64,000 bases of DNA from Acidobacteriota bacterium (GTDB lineage Bacteria; Acidobacteriota; Vicinamibacteria; Vicinamibacterales; UBA2999): the NCBI GenBank assembly GCA_016184455.1, contig JACPCS010000112.1, positions 4,822-68,821 on the forward strand, in the 5' to 3' direction. This document shows positions 49,723 through 58,198 of the stretch, one piece after another. Numbering within the stretch: the first letter of the stretch is position 1; the number at the start of each line of letters is the position of its first letter. The notes below the pieces were generated by a model that made no database searches, had not been told where the DNA came from, and saw only the letters and a program-made list of their open reading frames with translations. Position numbers and translations under genes: made by a program.

Positions 49723-49950
49723 TCAGCCCGGGCAGCTACTGACGTACGCGTTCGTTCGCTCGACATAGTACGGGATGTCGCGTGCGGCCGCCTGGACCGC
49801 GTCAAACACCTTCGCGGCATCCAGGTCGTTGTACTCCGCGAGATCGAGGTCGCTGTCGGGCCGGGCGTGTCCGGAGACCGTCGAACCGAACTGCAGCAGC
49901 AAACGTATCCCATGCTCTTGCGCGACAGATCTGACCTGTTCCGGATCCAC
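49723..49950 (-). pseudogene. Deletion-fusion remnant of an MNT-HEPN (MntA/HepT-like) toxin-antitoxin pair
   Basis: N-part LLLQFGSTVSGHARPDSDLDLA is the nucleotidyltransferase GS/DxD motif; it continues directly into EYNDLDAAKVF, resembling the DUF86/HEPN C-terminal tail. Confidence 0.6.
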
Positions 49951-49998
49951 GCCTGGATGATCGCATCTGAGGCCCGAGGCCTGGGCCCCTGAGGCCTG

Positions 49999-50778
49999 CT
50001 ACTGCAGACGCAGGCCGATGTCGTCGCCGCCGGCCACGGCAACCGTGATCGACTGGCTGTAGGCGGTTTCGATAGTGCCGTTGGGGCCGGCTGTAATCGC
50101 CCAGACTGCGTTCTTGGTGCCGCCGCCGGCGGCCTGGGTCCCCTGGGTCGTGTCGAGCAGCCCGACGTTCACCATGTAGCGGTTGTTCCACGGGTCAGGG
50201 TTGATCACGTTCGACACGTACGGGCCGTTCCAGCCGAACGCCGAGGTCGACGTTCTCATCGTATACGCCGGCGCATTGGTCACGAGCTGGTCTTCGAGCC
50301 CGTCGCTCGTGCCCGTCGTCCACAGGTTCGGCGCCGCCACGGCCGGAATGTTGCCGGGACCGACGAGCAGGTCGACCTTGTTGGCACTGGTCCCCGGCCC
50401 GCCGTTGTTCGAGGCGCTCCACTGTGGAAAGAACCCGTTGTCACGATAGAACTGAATGATCGCCGCGCCGATCGTCTGCGTATCGGTGCGCGCACGCGCG
50501 ACACGCGAGTCGTTGATGAAATTGATGATCGACGGCGTGAGCACGAGCGCGAGCGTGACGATGACAGCGAGGACGACCGTCAGCTCGATCAGCGTGAAGC
50601 CACCACGGCCACGCTCGCGTCGCGCGTCACGTGGCGTCGACAAGCTGAGCAACGCCACCATCCTACGCGTGCCGGGATCCGAGTTCAAGAAGCCTCTCGG
50701 CATCGCCGCCGGCTCTCGCGTCTTCGATGGCGCGAACGTCAACTCCGATGGCGCGGTTCGCGCGAGTTGGCGCCTCAT
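49999..50778 (-). CDS. GspG-like prepilin paralogue (start uncertain, possibly 50661)
   Basis: G|FTLIELTVVLAVIVTL; GWNGPY, PDPWNNRY.VN, AGPNG.IET, GDDI motifs. Confidence 0.88.
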   Translation of the reverse strand: MRRQLARTAPSELTFAPSKTREPAAMPRGFLNSDPGTRRMVALLSLSTPRDARRERGRGGFTLIELTVVLAVIVTLALVLTPSIINFINDSRVARARTDTQTIGAAIIQFYRDNGFFPQWSASNNGGPGTSANKVDLLVGPGNIPAVAAPNLWTTGTSDGLEDQLVTNAPAYTMRTSTSAFGWNGPYVSNVINPDPWNNRYMVNVGLLDTTQGTQAAGGGTKNAVWAITAGPNGTIETAYSQSITVAVAGGDDIGLRLQ

Positions 50779-50949
50779 GATCAGTTTGACTGACTGTTGC
50801 TCACTCGAGCTCGGTATCTCGACTTCGCCAGCCGCCCGGCGCGCCGGCTCCGTTCGGTCGCAGCGCTGGTGCGGGCCTCAGCGTCTTGAGCTTGGGTCAC
50901 GAGTTCGTCCCTTGCTCGAGCAGTTTGCGATGCTCCCATCACGCCCAAA

Positions 50950-50965
50950 GCCAATTTCCGTGCCG
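50950..50965 (-). promoter_or_regulatory. Probable sigma54 promoter (variant -12)
   Basis: Minus strand CGGCACGGAAATTGGC: strong -24 element, TTGG instead of TTGC; shared palindromes at 51079-51093 and 51103-51117. Confidence 0.45.
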
Positions 50966-51259
50966 CAAAAATCGTTCCGCGAAAGCGAGCCGCGGAGAAC
51001 CCGCGAGAGGAAAACGCTGCGAAATGTCTGATTGGAAGGCTGCTTATGAGGAGTCTTGGCCGCCGGTTCACGTGTGACCCACTGAAAATGAAGGGAGCAA
51101 CGCCACACGTAGTGAAGGGGCCGCGCCGATGCCGCCCGGTAACGCATTGGCTAACCGCTAATAGCTCAGCAGCTTAGTGTGGGCTCCACGATGTGTTGGC
51201 CCAAAGCCGGAAATCTACCCGTTCTGTAGGACCTCGGTCGGCGCCACATCGCCCTGGTG

Positions 51260-51940
51260 CTACTGCACCCGCACCGCGATGTCGTCGCCGCCGAGGACCG
51301 CGGCTGTGATCGCCTGCTGGTAGGCGGTCTCAATCTGGCCGTTCGGACCGGACGACAGCACCCAGACCGCGTTCTTGGTGGCGCCGCTGCCATCTTTCGT
51401 GCCTTGAGTCACGTCGATCAACCCGACGTTCACCGCATACCGGTTGTTCCAGGCGTCGGCGCCGATGTCGGTGGACACGTACGGGCCGTTCCAGCCAAAG
51501 TTCGCGGTGGCCGTCCGCATGGTGTAGTTCGGCGCGTTGTTGACGAGCTGATCCTCGAGCGGGTCGCTCATCCCAGTCGTCCACGTGTTGGGGCTCGCCA
51601 CGACCGGGACGTTTCCTTCACTGACCAACAGATCGACCTTGTTCTGTGCCGTGCCTGGCCCACCGTTGCTGGCCAGCGACCACTGAGGGAAGAACCCGTT
51701 GTCCTTGTAGAACTGGACGATGGCGGCGGCGACCGTCTGCGTGTCGCTTCTCGTCCGCGCCACGCGCGAATCGGTGATGAAGTTCGTGATCGAGGGCGTC
51801 AAGATGAGCGCCAGCGTCACGATGACGGCGAGGACCACGGTGAGCTCGATGAGCGTGAACCCGCGACTGTCGACCCGTCTGCAGGCTCGCTCCCGCCGAG
51901 GCTCCCCGGTCATGCACGGCATCTGCGGTCTCCAGTCCAA
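51260..51940 (-). CDS. GspG-like prepilin paralogue
   Basis: G|FTLIELTVVLAVIVTL; closely similar to 49999-50778 along the whole mature protein. Confidence 0.88.
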   Translation of the reverse strand: MDWRPQMPCMTGEPRRERACRRVDSRGFTLIELTVVLAVIVTLALILTPSITNFITDSRVARTRSDTQTVAAAIVQFYKDNGFFPQWSLASNGGPGTAQNKVDLLVSEGNVPVVASPNTWTTGMSDPLEDQLVNNAPNYTMRTATANFGWNGPYVSTDIGADAWNNRYAVNVGLIDVTQGTKDGSGATKNAVWVLSSGPNGQIETAYQQAITAAVLGGDDIAVRVQ

Positions 51941-51983
51941 GAACCTAAAGGGGGAACACTCGTCGAATCCGGTCGTCGCGCAA

Positions 51984-52010
51984 GCCCCGGGGCAGGAGGA
52001 CTGCCGGGGC
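51984..52010 (-). terminator. GC-rich stem-loop after the pilin gene 52031-52819
   Basis: GCCCCGG-GGCAG-gagga-CTGCC-GGGGC imperfect hairpin; no clear U-tract. Confidence 0.4.
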
Positions 52011-52030
52011 GCTCGCGCTCGAGGTCGCCC

Positions 52031-52819
52031 TTACCTGCCGAAGCCGGAGATCACAGACACGATGTCGTCATTGCCAACGCTGCTGCCCGTGGCGAATGAC
52101 GTGCCCTTTAGCGTGGTCGCCTCGAAGTCGACCTCAATCACGTTGTTGCGGCCCCCTGAGATCACGAACGTGTCGAACGACCAGCCGGTCCCGGCCCGGC
52201 CCTCACCCGCAGTGGTCGCGTCACTGGCGGCGCCGAGATACACGGAGTTGACCATGTACCGGTAGCCCCACGGGTCGGGCTTGATGATCCCGCTGAGGTA
52301 TGCCCCCCGCCACCCGTGCCCAAACGCGCCGAGCGAGTTCGGCACCGCGGGATCGACGGTGTCCATGGCGGTTGTCGGGGCGACGTAGGTGGCGTCGTTG
52401 CTCACGAGCTGGTCGTACATCGACGCTGTGTTTACAGAGGCCGCGGCAAGGTCAGTCGCCCAGCCCACGGCGCCCGTCATGTTGGCGGTGTTCGTTGTGG
52501 CCGTGTTGACGTTCGCGCCGGCCGTGGCTTCCATCCCGTTGCCGATGAGGAGGTCGACGCGATTGGCTTTCTTGAAACGGTCCGCCAGCGTGGCATCACC
52601 GTCGACCAGCAGGAACGGATCGCCCGTATCCCGGAGCAGGCGCGCGATCGCCGTGCCAATCGCCTCCACGTCCTCCTTCGCCGCCGCGTCTCGCGCATCG
52701 TCCACGTACTGGTTGATTGTAGGCGCGAGGACCCCGGTCAGCACGGCGAGGACCATCAGGATGATGGTGGCCTCGACGAGCGACATGCCCTTCTGCCCCG
52801 AAAAGTCGACCTTCATCAT
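52031..52819 (-). CDS. GspG-like prepilin paralogue (candidate major subunit)
   Basis: GGAGGA RBS; MMKVDFSGQKG|MSLVEATIILMVLAVL; GWRGAY, PDPWGYRY.VN, GNDDI; has its own sigma54 promoter. Confidence 0.88.
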   Translation of the reverse strand: MMKVDFSGQKGMSLVEATIILMVLAVLTGVLAPTINQYVDDARDAAAKEDVEAIGTAIARLLRDTGDPFLLVDGDATLADRFKKANRVDLLIGNGMEATAGANVNTATTNTANMTGAVGWATDLAAASVNTASMYDQLVSNDATYVAPTTAMDTVDPAVPNSLGAFGHGWRGAYLSGIIKPDPWGYRYMVNSVYLGAASDATTAGEGRAGTGWSFDTFVISGGRNNVIEVDFEATTLKGTSFATGSSVGNDDIVSVISGFGR

Positions 52820-52953
52820 CTCCTCCACAAAACGGCTGCGCGCCTCCAGGAATCCCGGCAGGGGCTCCAGGAACTCGCTGCGTCGAGATCGGTCCACGTG
52901 CTCGGTCTGTGGGTACCTGTGTTCCGAGTGATACGGAACCCTGGCCGTCCAAG

Positions 52954-52969
52954 AGCAACTGCCATGCCC
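52954..52969 (-). promoter_or_regulatory. Sigma54 -24/-12 promoter with an IHF-like site and an upstream palindrome
   Basis: Minus strand GGGCATGGCAGTTGCT; AT-rich TGTCAATTACTTA (52998-53010); CTACA-caaaa-TGATG (53077-53091). Confidence 0.7.
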
Positions 52970-53397
52970 GCTGAGGTCTATCTAATAAGTAACTTATTGT
53001 CAATTACTTACAAGGAGTCTATCAACCCAGGGCCGGCAAGAGGCTTCAATCGGCGGGGACCTCGATGCTGTATGACCTACACAAAATGATGAGATATGGG
53101 CAGACAATGACTCGGGGCTGTTAACTGGCTGGTCCGATTGTTGGGGGCGCCGCCGGCGGGACGATGCGACAAATCGTCTGACCTCGCTTAGGAAAACCCC
53201 CGACAGAAAATGGGGCGTGTGAGATCGCTCAGACCTCTCGTCACGCCGGAGACAGTTGAAGTCACGAGACGGCATGGCGCGGGCAGGGCGACGGGCGACG
53301 TCCTGTGCGTCGTGACCGGTCCGATGCGGTGGGGAGCCGGATGTCGCATCCGTCACGTCCGTTGATTCCCGCGAGCTGTTGCACTACGCTGTAGTAC

Positions 53398-53691
53398 ATG
53401 GCCCGAAAGACGGAGGTGTACACGTGGCGGCTTTCGTCTGTGACGAAAGCCAGCCTCGAAGAGGCGGCGCGGGACACAAATCGAAGCGTGGCCCAACTAT
53501 TGGACGAGATCGTCGCTGAACGTCTCGATGCCCCTGGCCGCGCGAGCGAGTCGGACATGGACAATCAGCGCCGCCTCCACGCTCGGGCAGCGCGCTTGCT
53601 CGGGTGCATTTCCGGCGGTGGCGCCCGGAGCGAACGAATCCGTCAGCTCGTCAGGGCACGACTGAAGCGACGGCGCGCCCATGCACGTTAG
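53398..53691 (+). CDS. Putative antitoxin (ribbon-helix-helix-like)
   Basis: Small basic ORF overlapping the downstream PIN gene; YTWRL...LEEAAR..NRSVAQLL. Confidence 0.7.
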   Translation: MARKTEVYTWRLSSVTKASLEEAARDTNRSVAQLLDEIVAERLDAPGRASESDMDNQRRLHARAARLLGCISGGGARSERIRQLVRARLKRRRAHAR

Positions 53692-54100
53692 GGCGCTCGC
53701 CGACACTGGGGCCCTCTTGGCGTGCCTTGATCGCCGCGATCCGTGGCATGAACGGTGCTGCGAGGCCTTCGGGCAGCTCCGGTTACCGCTGCCGACATCG
53801 AGTGCCGTACTGACCGAGCTCTTTCATCTGCTCGGCGATAACCCGCGCGACGTGGAGCTCGCCTGGGCTTTCGTCCGCTCGGGGGCTGTGACGGTCCTTC
53901 CAATTTCGGACCGGGATCTACCTGACATCGAGACCCTCATGCGCAAGTATCACGACCGTCCGATGGATTTCGCGGACGCCACGCTCGTGCACCTGGCGCA
54001 GCGCGAATCGCTCTCCACTGTCTTCACAATCGACCACGACGACTTCGAGACCTACCGCCTCGGCGGACGCAAACGGTTACGCATCCTGCCGCCCAGGTAA
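53681..54100 (+). CDS. vapC: PIN-domain toxin (VapC family)
   Basis: ADTG, VLTE, MDFADATLV, FTID..DF..YR motifs. Confidence 0.9.
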   Translation: MHVRALADTGALLACLDRRDPWHERCCEAFGQLRLPLPTSSAVLTELFHLLGDNPRDVELAWAFVRSGAVTVLPISDRDLPDIETLMRKYHDRPMDFADATLVHLAQRESLSTVFTIDHDDFETYRLGGRKRLRILPPR

Positions 54101-54119
54101 CGGGCTTTCACGGCACCAT

Positions 54120-54923
54120 TTACTTTCCGAACCCGGAGATGACGTAGATCAGATCGTCGTTACCCACGCTGCCGCCCGTCGCCAGCGAGGTGCCCTTGAG
54201 GTTCGTCGATTCGAAGTCGGTTTCGGCGGTGTTGTTGCGGCCGGCAGACACAACGAACGTATCGAACGACCATCCGGTTCCCGCCCGGCCTTCACCCGAG
54301 GTCGTCGCGTCAGTCGCGGCACCGAGGTATACCGAATTCACCATGTACCGGTAGCCCCAGGGATCGGGCCCCGGGATACCGTTCACATACGCGCCGCGCC
54401 AGCCGTGTCCGAACGCACCGAGTGACTGCGGGACGGAAGGATCCGCCGTGTCGAGCGCGTCGGCTGGATGCCGGTAGCCATCATCGGCATCGCTCAGCCC
54501 CTCGTTCATCACGAGATGGTCGTACATCGATGCGATGGTGTTGCCGTTGAGATCGCTGGACCAGCCGAGCGGCAAAGACGAGCCAACGATGTTCGATGTG
54601 TTCGTCGTGGCGGTGTTGACGTTCGCGCCTGCCGTCGGTTTGTTGCCATTGCTCAGCAGCAGGTCCACGCGGAACGGCTTCGTGAATTGGTTTCCCGCAC
54701 CACTCTTCACAACGAGCAGAAACGGATTGCCGGTATCCCTTAGGAGGCGTGCGATAGCGACGCCGATGGCCTCAACGTCCTCCTTCGCCTTGGCCTCCCG
54801 CGCATCGTCGACGTACTGATTGATCGCTGGCGCGAGCACCGCTGTCAGCAGGGCAAGCACCATCAGGATGATCGTCGCCTCGACGAGCGACATGCCGCGG
54901 TCGCTGGGTCCGGAGATGTGCAT
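54120..54923 (-). CDS. GspG-like prepilin paralogue
   Basis: G|MSLVEATIILMVLALL; C-terminus nearly identical to those of 52031 and 54927. Confidence 0.88.
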   Translation of the reverse strand: MHISGPSDRGMSLVEATIILMVLALLTAVLAPAINQYVDDAREAKAKEDVEAIGVAIARLLRDTGNPFLLVVKSGAGNQFTKPFRVDLLLSNGNKPTAGANVNTATTNTSNIVGSSLPLGWSSDLNGNTIASMYDHLVMNEGLSDADDGYRHPADALDTADPSVPQSLGAFGHGWRGAYVNGIPGPDPWGYRYMVNSVYLGAATDATTSGEGRAGTGWSFDTFVVSAGRNNTAETDFESTNLKGTSLATGGSVGNDDLIYVISGFGK

Positions 54924-54926
54924 GCG

Positions 54927-55832
54927 CTACTTTCCGAACCCGGAGATGACGTACAGCAGGTCGTCGTTGCCCACGCTGCCGCCCGTCGCGAGCGAGGTAC
55001 CTTTGAGATTCGTCGATTCGAAGTCGGTTTCCACGGTGTTGTTGCGGCCGGCGGACACGACAAACGTGTCGAAGGACCACCCGGTGCCCGCGCGGCCTTC
55101 GCCCGAGGTCGTGGCATCGCGCGCCGCACCGAGGTACACGGAATTGACCATGTAGCGATAGCCCCACGGGTCCGGTTCGACGATTCCACTCAGGTACGCG
55201 CCGCGCCACCCGTGGCCGAACGCGCCAAGTGAGTTCGGCACGGCAGGGTCGATGGAAGTGCTTGGCACTAGGTTGGTGGTCTGCCCAGGGTGCACATACA
55301 GCTCGTTGTTCCCTTGCTCGAAAGGACGGTTTTGGACAAAGGTGCCGTACATTGACGCCACGTTTGCGTTGAGCGACGGAGCCGCCAAATCGCTTGACCA
55401 GCCGACGGCCGCGTGCATGTTCGAGGTGTTCGTCACCGCCGTGTTGATGTTTGCGCCGGCGATTGGCTTGTTGCCATCGCCGACGAGCAGATCCGCCCGC
55501 GACGACTTTTCGCAGGTGGTGTTCCCCGCGTAAACCAAGCAGGGCATCCCGGCATCCCTCAGGAGCCGGGCGACCGCTGTGCCGATCGCTTCGACATCCT
55601 CCTTCGCCTTCGCCTCCCGGGCATCGTCCACGTACTGGTTGACGGCCGGCGCGAGCACCGCCGTCAGCACGGCGAGCACCATCAGGATGATGGTCGCCTC
55701 GACGAGGGACATGCCCTCGCGTTTCCGGAGCTGCGCCTTTATGTGTGTCGGGAGAAACCAGACCACCGTGGCAACCTGTAGTGACCACGGCTCAGCAACT
55801 TTCGATCCCGGATGGGACCGCGGACCCATCAA
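54927..55832 (-). CDS. GspG-like prepilin paralogue (start uncertain)
   Basis: RKREG|MSLVEATIILMVLAVL; GWRGAY, PDPWGYRY, GNDDL motifs. Confidence 0.85.
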   Translation of the reverse strand: MMGPRSHPGSKVAEPWSLQVATVVWFLPTHIKAQLRKREGMSLVEATIILMVLAVLTAVLAPAVNQYVDDAREAKAKEDVEAIGTAVARLLRDAGMPCLVYAGNTTCEKSSRADLLVGDGNKPIAGANINTAVTNTSNMHAAVGWSSDLAAPSLNANVASMYGTFVQNRPFEQGNNELYVHPGQTTNLVPSTSIDPAVPNSLGAFGHGWRGAYLSGIVEPDPWGYRYMVNSVYLGAARDATTSGEGRAGTGWSFDTFVVSAGRNNTVETDFESTNLKGTSLATGGSVGNDDLLYVISGFGK

Positions 55833-55940
55833 GTCGTTTTCAATCAGCCGCTTGCGAGGGTCGATCCGCTTCGGGCCACTCGGGGGAATGCTACAAAGTG
55901 CGGGGTGTGGGCCGCGCCGGGACCCACAGAGAATGCAGAA

Positions 55941-56717
55941 CTATCGGGTCCCCCCAGACACGAGCGCATGGATGTCGTCGAAACTGTCGGTGGCGAGCGT
56001 CGGCGTCGTCGCCGCAAACGCGGTGTCGACGCGGGCATTCGGACCCGCAGACAGGACCACCACGTCGTTCTCGCTCGGGCTGCTCCCGGATGGGTGCCCG
56101 AGGAACTCGACGTTTGCCATGTACCGATAGCCCCACGGATCGGGGCCGACGATGGGCGTCAGGTACGCGCCGCGCCAGTAGAACTCGCTGTTCCCCTCGT
56201 CGCCCCCGTCCGGGTCGAACTGGGCGGCCACGTTCATCTCGGCTGCGCTCCGGTACGCCGGTTGGTTGGCCACGAGCTGGTCGTAGAACGACCACACGTC
56301 GGCGCTGGCCCCGGGCGTATCGAGCGTGTCGTCCCAATCCGTGTTGCCAGGCGCGCGGTCGACTGAGGTCTCAATCGTCGGAATCATCCCGTTGCCGACC
56401 AGCAGGTTGACGCGATTGGTGGAGCCACGGGAGGGCGGGTCGGTCGTCGTCGTGCCGTTGCCGTCGCGCAGGAAGAACGTTTCGCCGATATCGGTCAGCA
56501 TCCGGCTCATCGCCGCCGCCAGCACGGCGACATCCTCTTGTGCGCGGGCCTGACGCGACGCGTCGATGTAATCGCGGATGGACGGCGCCAGCACGGCCGT
56601 CAGCGCGGAGATCACGGCGAGCACGACGGTCGCTTCGACGAGCGACATGCCGCCCTCCGTACGGAACTCTCTAAGCCCAACGCCCAACGCCCAAAGCCGA
56701 GAGTCCTTACTTCGCAT
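55941..56717 (-). CDS. GspG-like prepilin paralogue
   Basis: G|MSLVEATVVLAVI; WRGAY, PDPWGYRY, SAGPN, DDI motifs. Confidence 0.87.
   Translation of the reverse strand: MRSKDSRLWALGVGLREFRTEGGMSLVEATVVLAVISALTAVLAPSIRDYIDASRQARAQEDVAVLAAAMSRMLTDIGETFFLRDGNGTTTTDPPSRGSTNRVNLLVGNGMIPTIETSVDRAPGNTDWDDTLDTPGASADVWSFYDQLVANQPAYRSAAEMNVAAQFDPDGGDEGNSEFYWRGAYLTPIVGPDPWGYRYMANVEFLGHPSGSSPSENDVVVLSAGPNARVDTAFAATTPTLATDSFDDIHALVSGGTR
56673..56707. repeat. Degenerate heptamer tandem repeat (A(A/C)GCCCA) in a prepilin leader
   Basis: aagccca-acgccca-acgccca-aagccga-gagtcct. Confidence 0.7.
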
Positions 56718-57591
56718 GCGAGCTCACCAGGTAGATGAAATCGTCGTCGCCCGGCACGGCCCCGTCCTGGGCCGACTTCGTGTCGATTTCCTCGTCGGCG
56801 CCGGCCGAGAGCACGAACACGTCGAGGCGATAGTAGTCCGAGGCCGACCATCCCGAGGTGATGTTGCTGACCGTGTCCGTTGGCGACGGATCCAGGAACG
56901 CCACGTTGACCGTGTAGCGGTTCCCCCACGGATCCGGATCGGCCGGGCTGCGCAGGTACGGGCCGCGCCACGCGTACGGGGCATTGGAACCGCTCGAGTC
57001 AGTGCGCGCAAAGTCGATGTTGTTGCCGCCGGGCGAGGCCACGGAGACATCGGTCGGATGCCGGTAACGGGTCGTGCCCTGCGATGTCCCGTCCGACGAC
57101 AGTGGCGCATTGTCGATCAGATGGTTCGCCAGCGTGTCGACGGTGGTGCTGTTCACCGCCTGCGTCCAGTACGATTCGGTCGAGACCGCGGTGGCCAGGG
57201 TCGGGACGTCGCCGTCGCTCACGAGCAGGTCGACGCGGTTCGTGTCTGCGCGCGTCGGCGGATCCGAGTCGTCGCTGCCGTTGCTGGCGTTTCGCAGGAA
57301 CTGGTGCTCGGCATTGTCCTCGATGAAGTCCTGGATCGCCTCCGCAATCGTCTGGACGTCCTCCCTGGTGCGCGCTTGCCGCGCCTGCTCGATGTAGCCG
57401 TTGATGGCCGGCGACAGCACGGCCGACAGCACGGCGACGACCGACAGGATGATCGATGCCTCGACGAGCGACATGCCGCGCTGCGCGCGCAAATCCCAAA
57501 CCCCAAACCCCAAACCCCACAATGATGGCGACACTGCTCTTTGGGATTTGGGATTTGGGATTTGGGTGTTGACGTAATCGATGATCTTCAT
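56707..57591 (-). CDS. GspG-like prepilin paralogue with a repeat-encoded leader
   Basis: ATG 57591; leader QIPNPKSQ...LWGLGFGVWDL; RG|MSLVEASIIL; WRGPY, DPWGNRY, GDDDF motifs. Confidence 0.87.
   Translation of the reverse strand: MKIIDYVNTQIPNPKSQRAVSPSLWGLGFGVWDLRAQRGMSLVEASIILSVVAVLSAVLSPAINGYIEQARQARTREDVQTIAEAIQDFIEDNAEHQFLRNASNGSDDSDPPTRADTNRVDLLVSDGDVPTLATAVSTESYWTQAVNSTTVDTLANHLIDNAPLSSDGTSQGTTRYRHPTDVSVASPGGNNIDFARTDSSGSNAPYAWRGPYLRSPADPDPWGNRYTVNVAFLDPSPTDTVSNITSGWSASDYYRLDVFVLSAGADEEIDTKSAQDGAVPGDDDFIYLVSSHAK
57490..57567. repeat. Two inverted arms of 4x heptamer repeats (CAAACCC / TTTGGGA)
   Basis: caaatcc-caaaccc-caaaccc-caaaccc (57490-57517) and tttggga x3-tttgggt (57540-57567). 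Confidence 0.9.
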
Positions 57592-58198
57592 GGCACCGTC
57601 AGCCCTTCGTCCCGCCATCGGGACCAGCGGAGATCACGAACGTGTCATTGGACGTCGAGGTCTTTAGATACTCCACGTTGACGGCGTAGCGGTTGCCCCA
57701 TGGATCCGGATCGATCGGCGCGTTCATGTAGGCGCCTTTCCAACCGCCTGTGGAGGTGGAATACGAACCGACGCCGCCGAGGCTGCTGTTCGTGACGAGG
57801 TGTCCCTCCATGAACACAACGTCGACCGTTGGAGAGCAGGTTGTCGTCGTCACGTCATCCCAGTTGGCGCCGCCGCCGGAGCCGAGCGCTGGAATGTCGC
57901 CGTCGCTGACCAGCACCTCGACGACGTCGCCGCCCGATGCGCCGGTGCACGTGAACGGCCTAAAGAGCGTGTGCTCGTCGATGAAGTTGTCGATCGCGGT
58001 GGCGATCGCGTCCACGTCGGACTGCGCCCGGCTCAGCCGTGCCCGGTCGAGCGCGCGCGAGGCGGCCGGCGCCGCAGCCGCGACGAGCACGGCCCCGACC
58101 GTCAGGATGATCGTCGCCTCGATCAACGAGACGCCCTGGCCTGAGCGAGCGCGGGCCGCGAGGGGCGCGCGAGTCGAACGGCCGCGCTCGCCTCTCAT
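57588..58198 (-). pseudogene. GspG-like prepilin paralogue with a C-terminal deletion/frameshift
   Basis: G|VSLIEATIIL; ORF ends SAGPDGGTKG* (57599) without the E.DT...DDI tail. A shifted frame reads RDEGLTVP* (stop 57588), matching the neighbour's RDPGRTVP*. Confidence 0.7.

Noticed and set aside
52820-52945. c-di-GMP riboswitch in the pilin leader
   Set aside because: A hairpin is present, but I could not find the class I/II consensus; an Infernal/Rfam scan would be needed.
52031-55832. Diversity-generating retroelement or invertase shufflon acting on pilins
   Set aside because: No reverse transcriptase or recombinase in the window; differences are not adenine-specific and all copies share one orientation.
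57490-57567. CRISPR array
   Set aside because: 7-bp tandem units without spacers; no cas genes.
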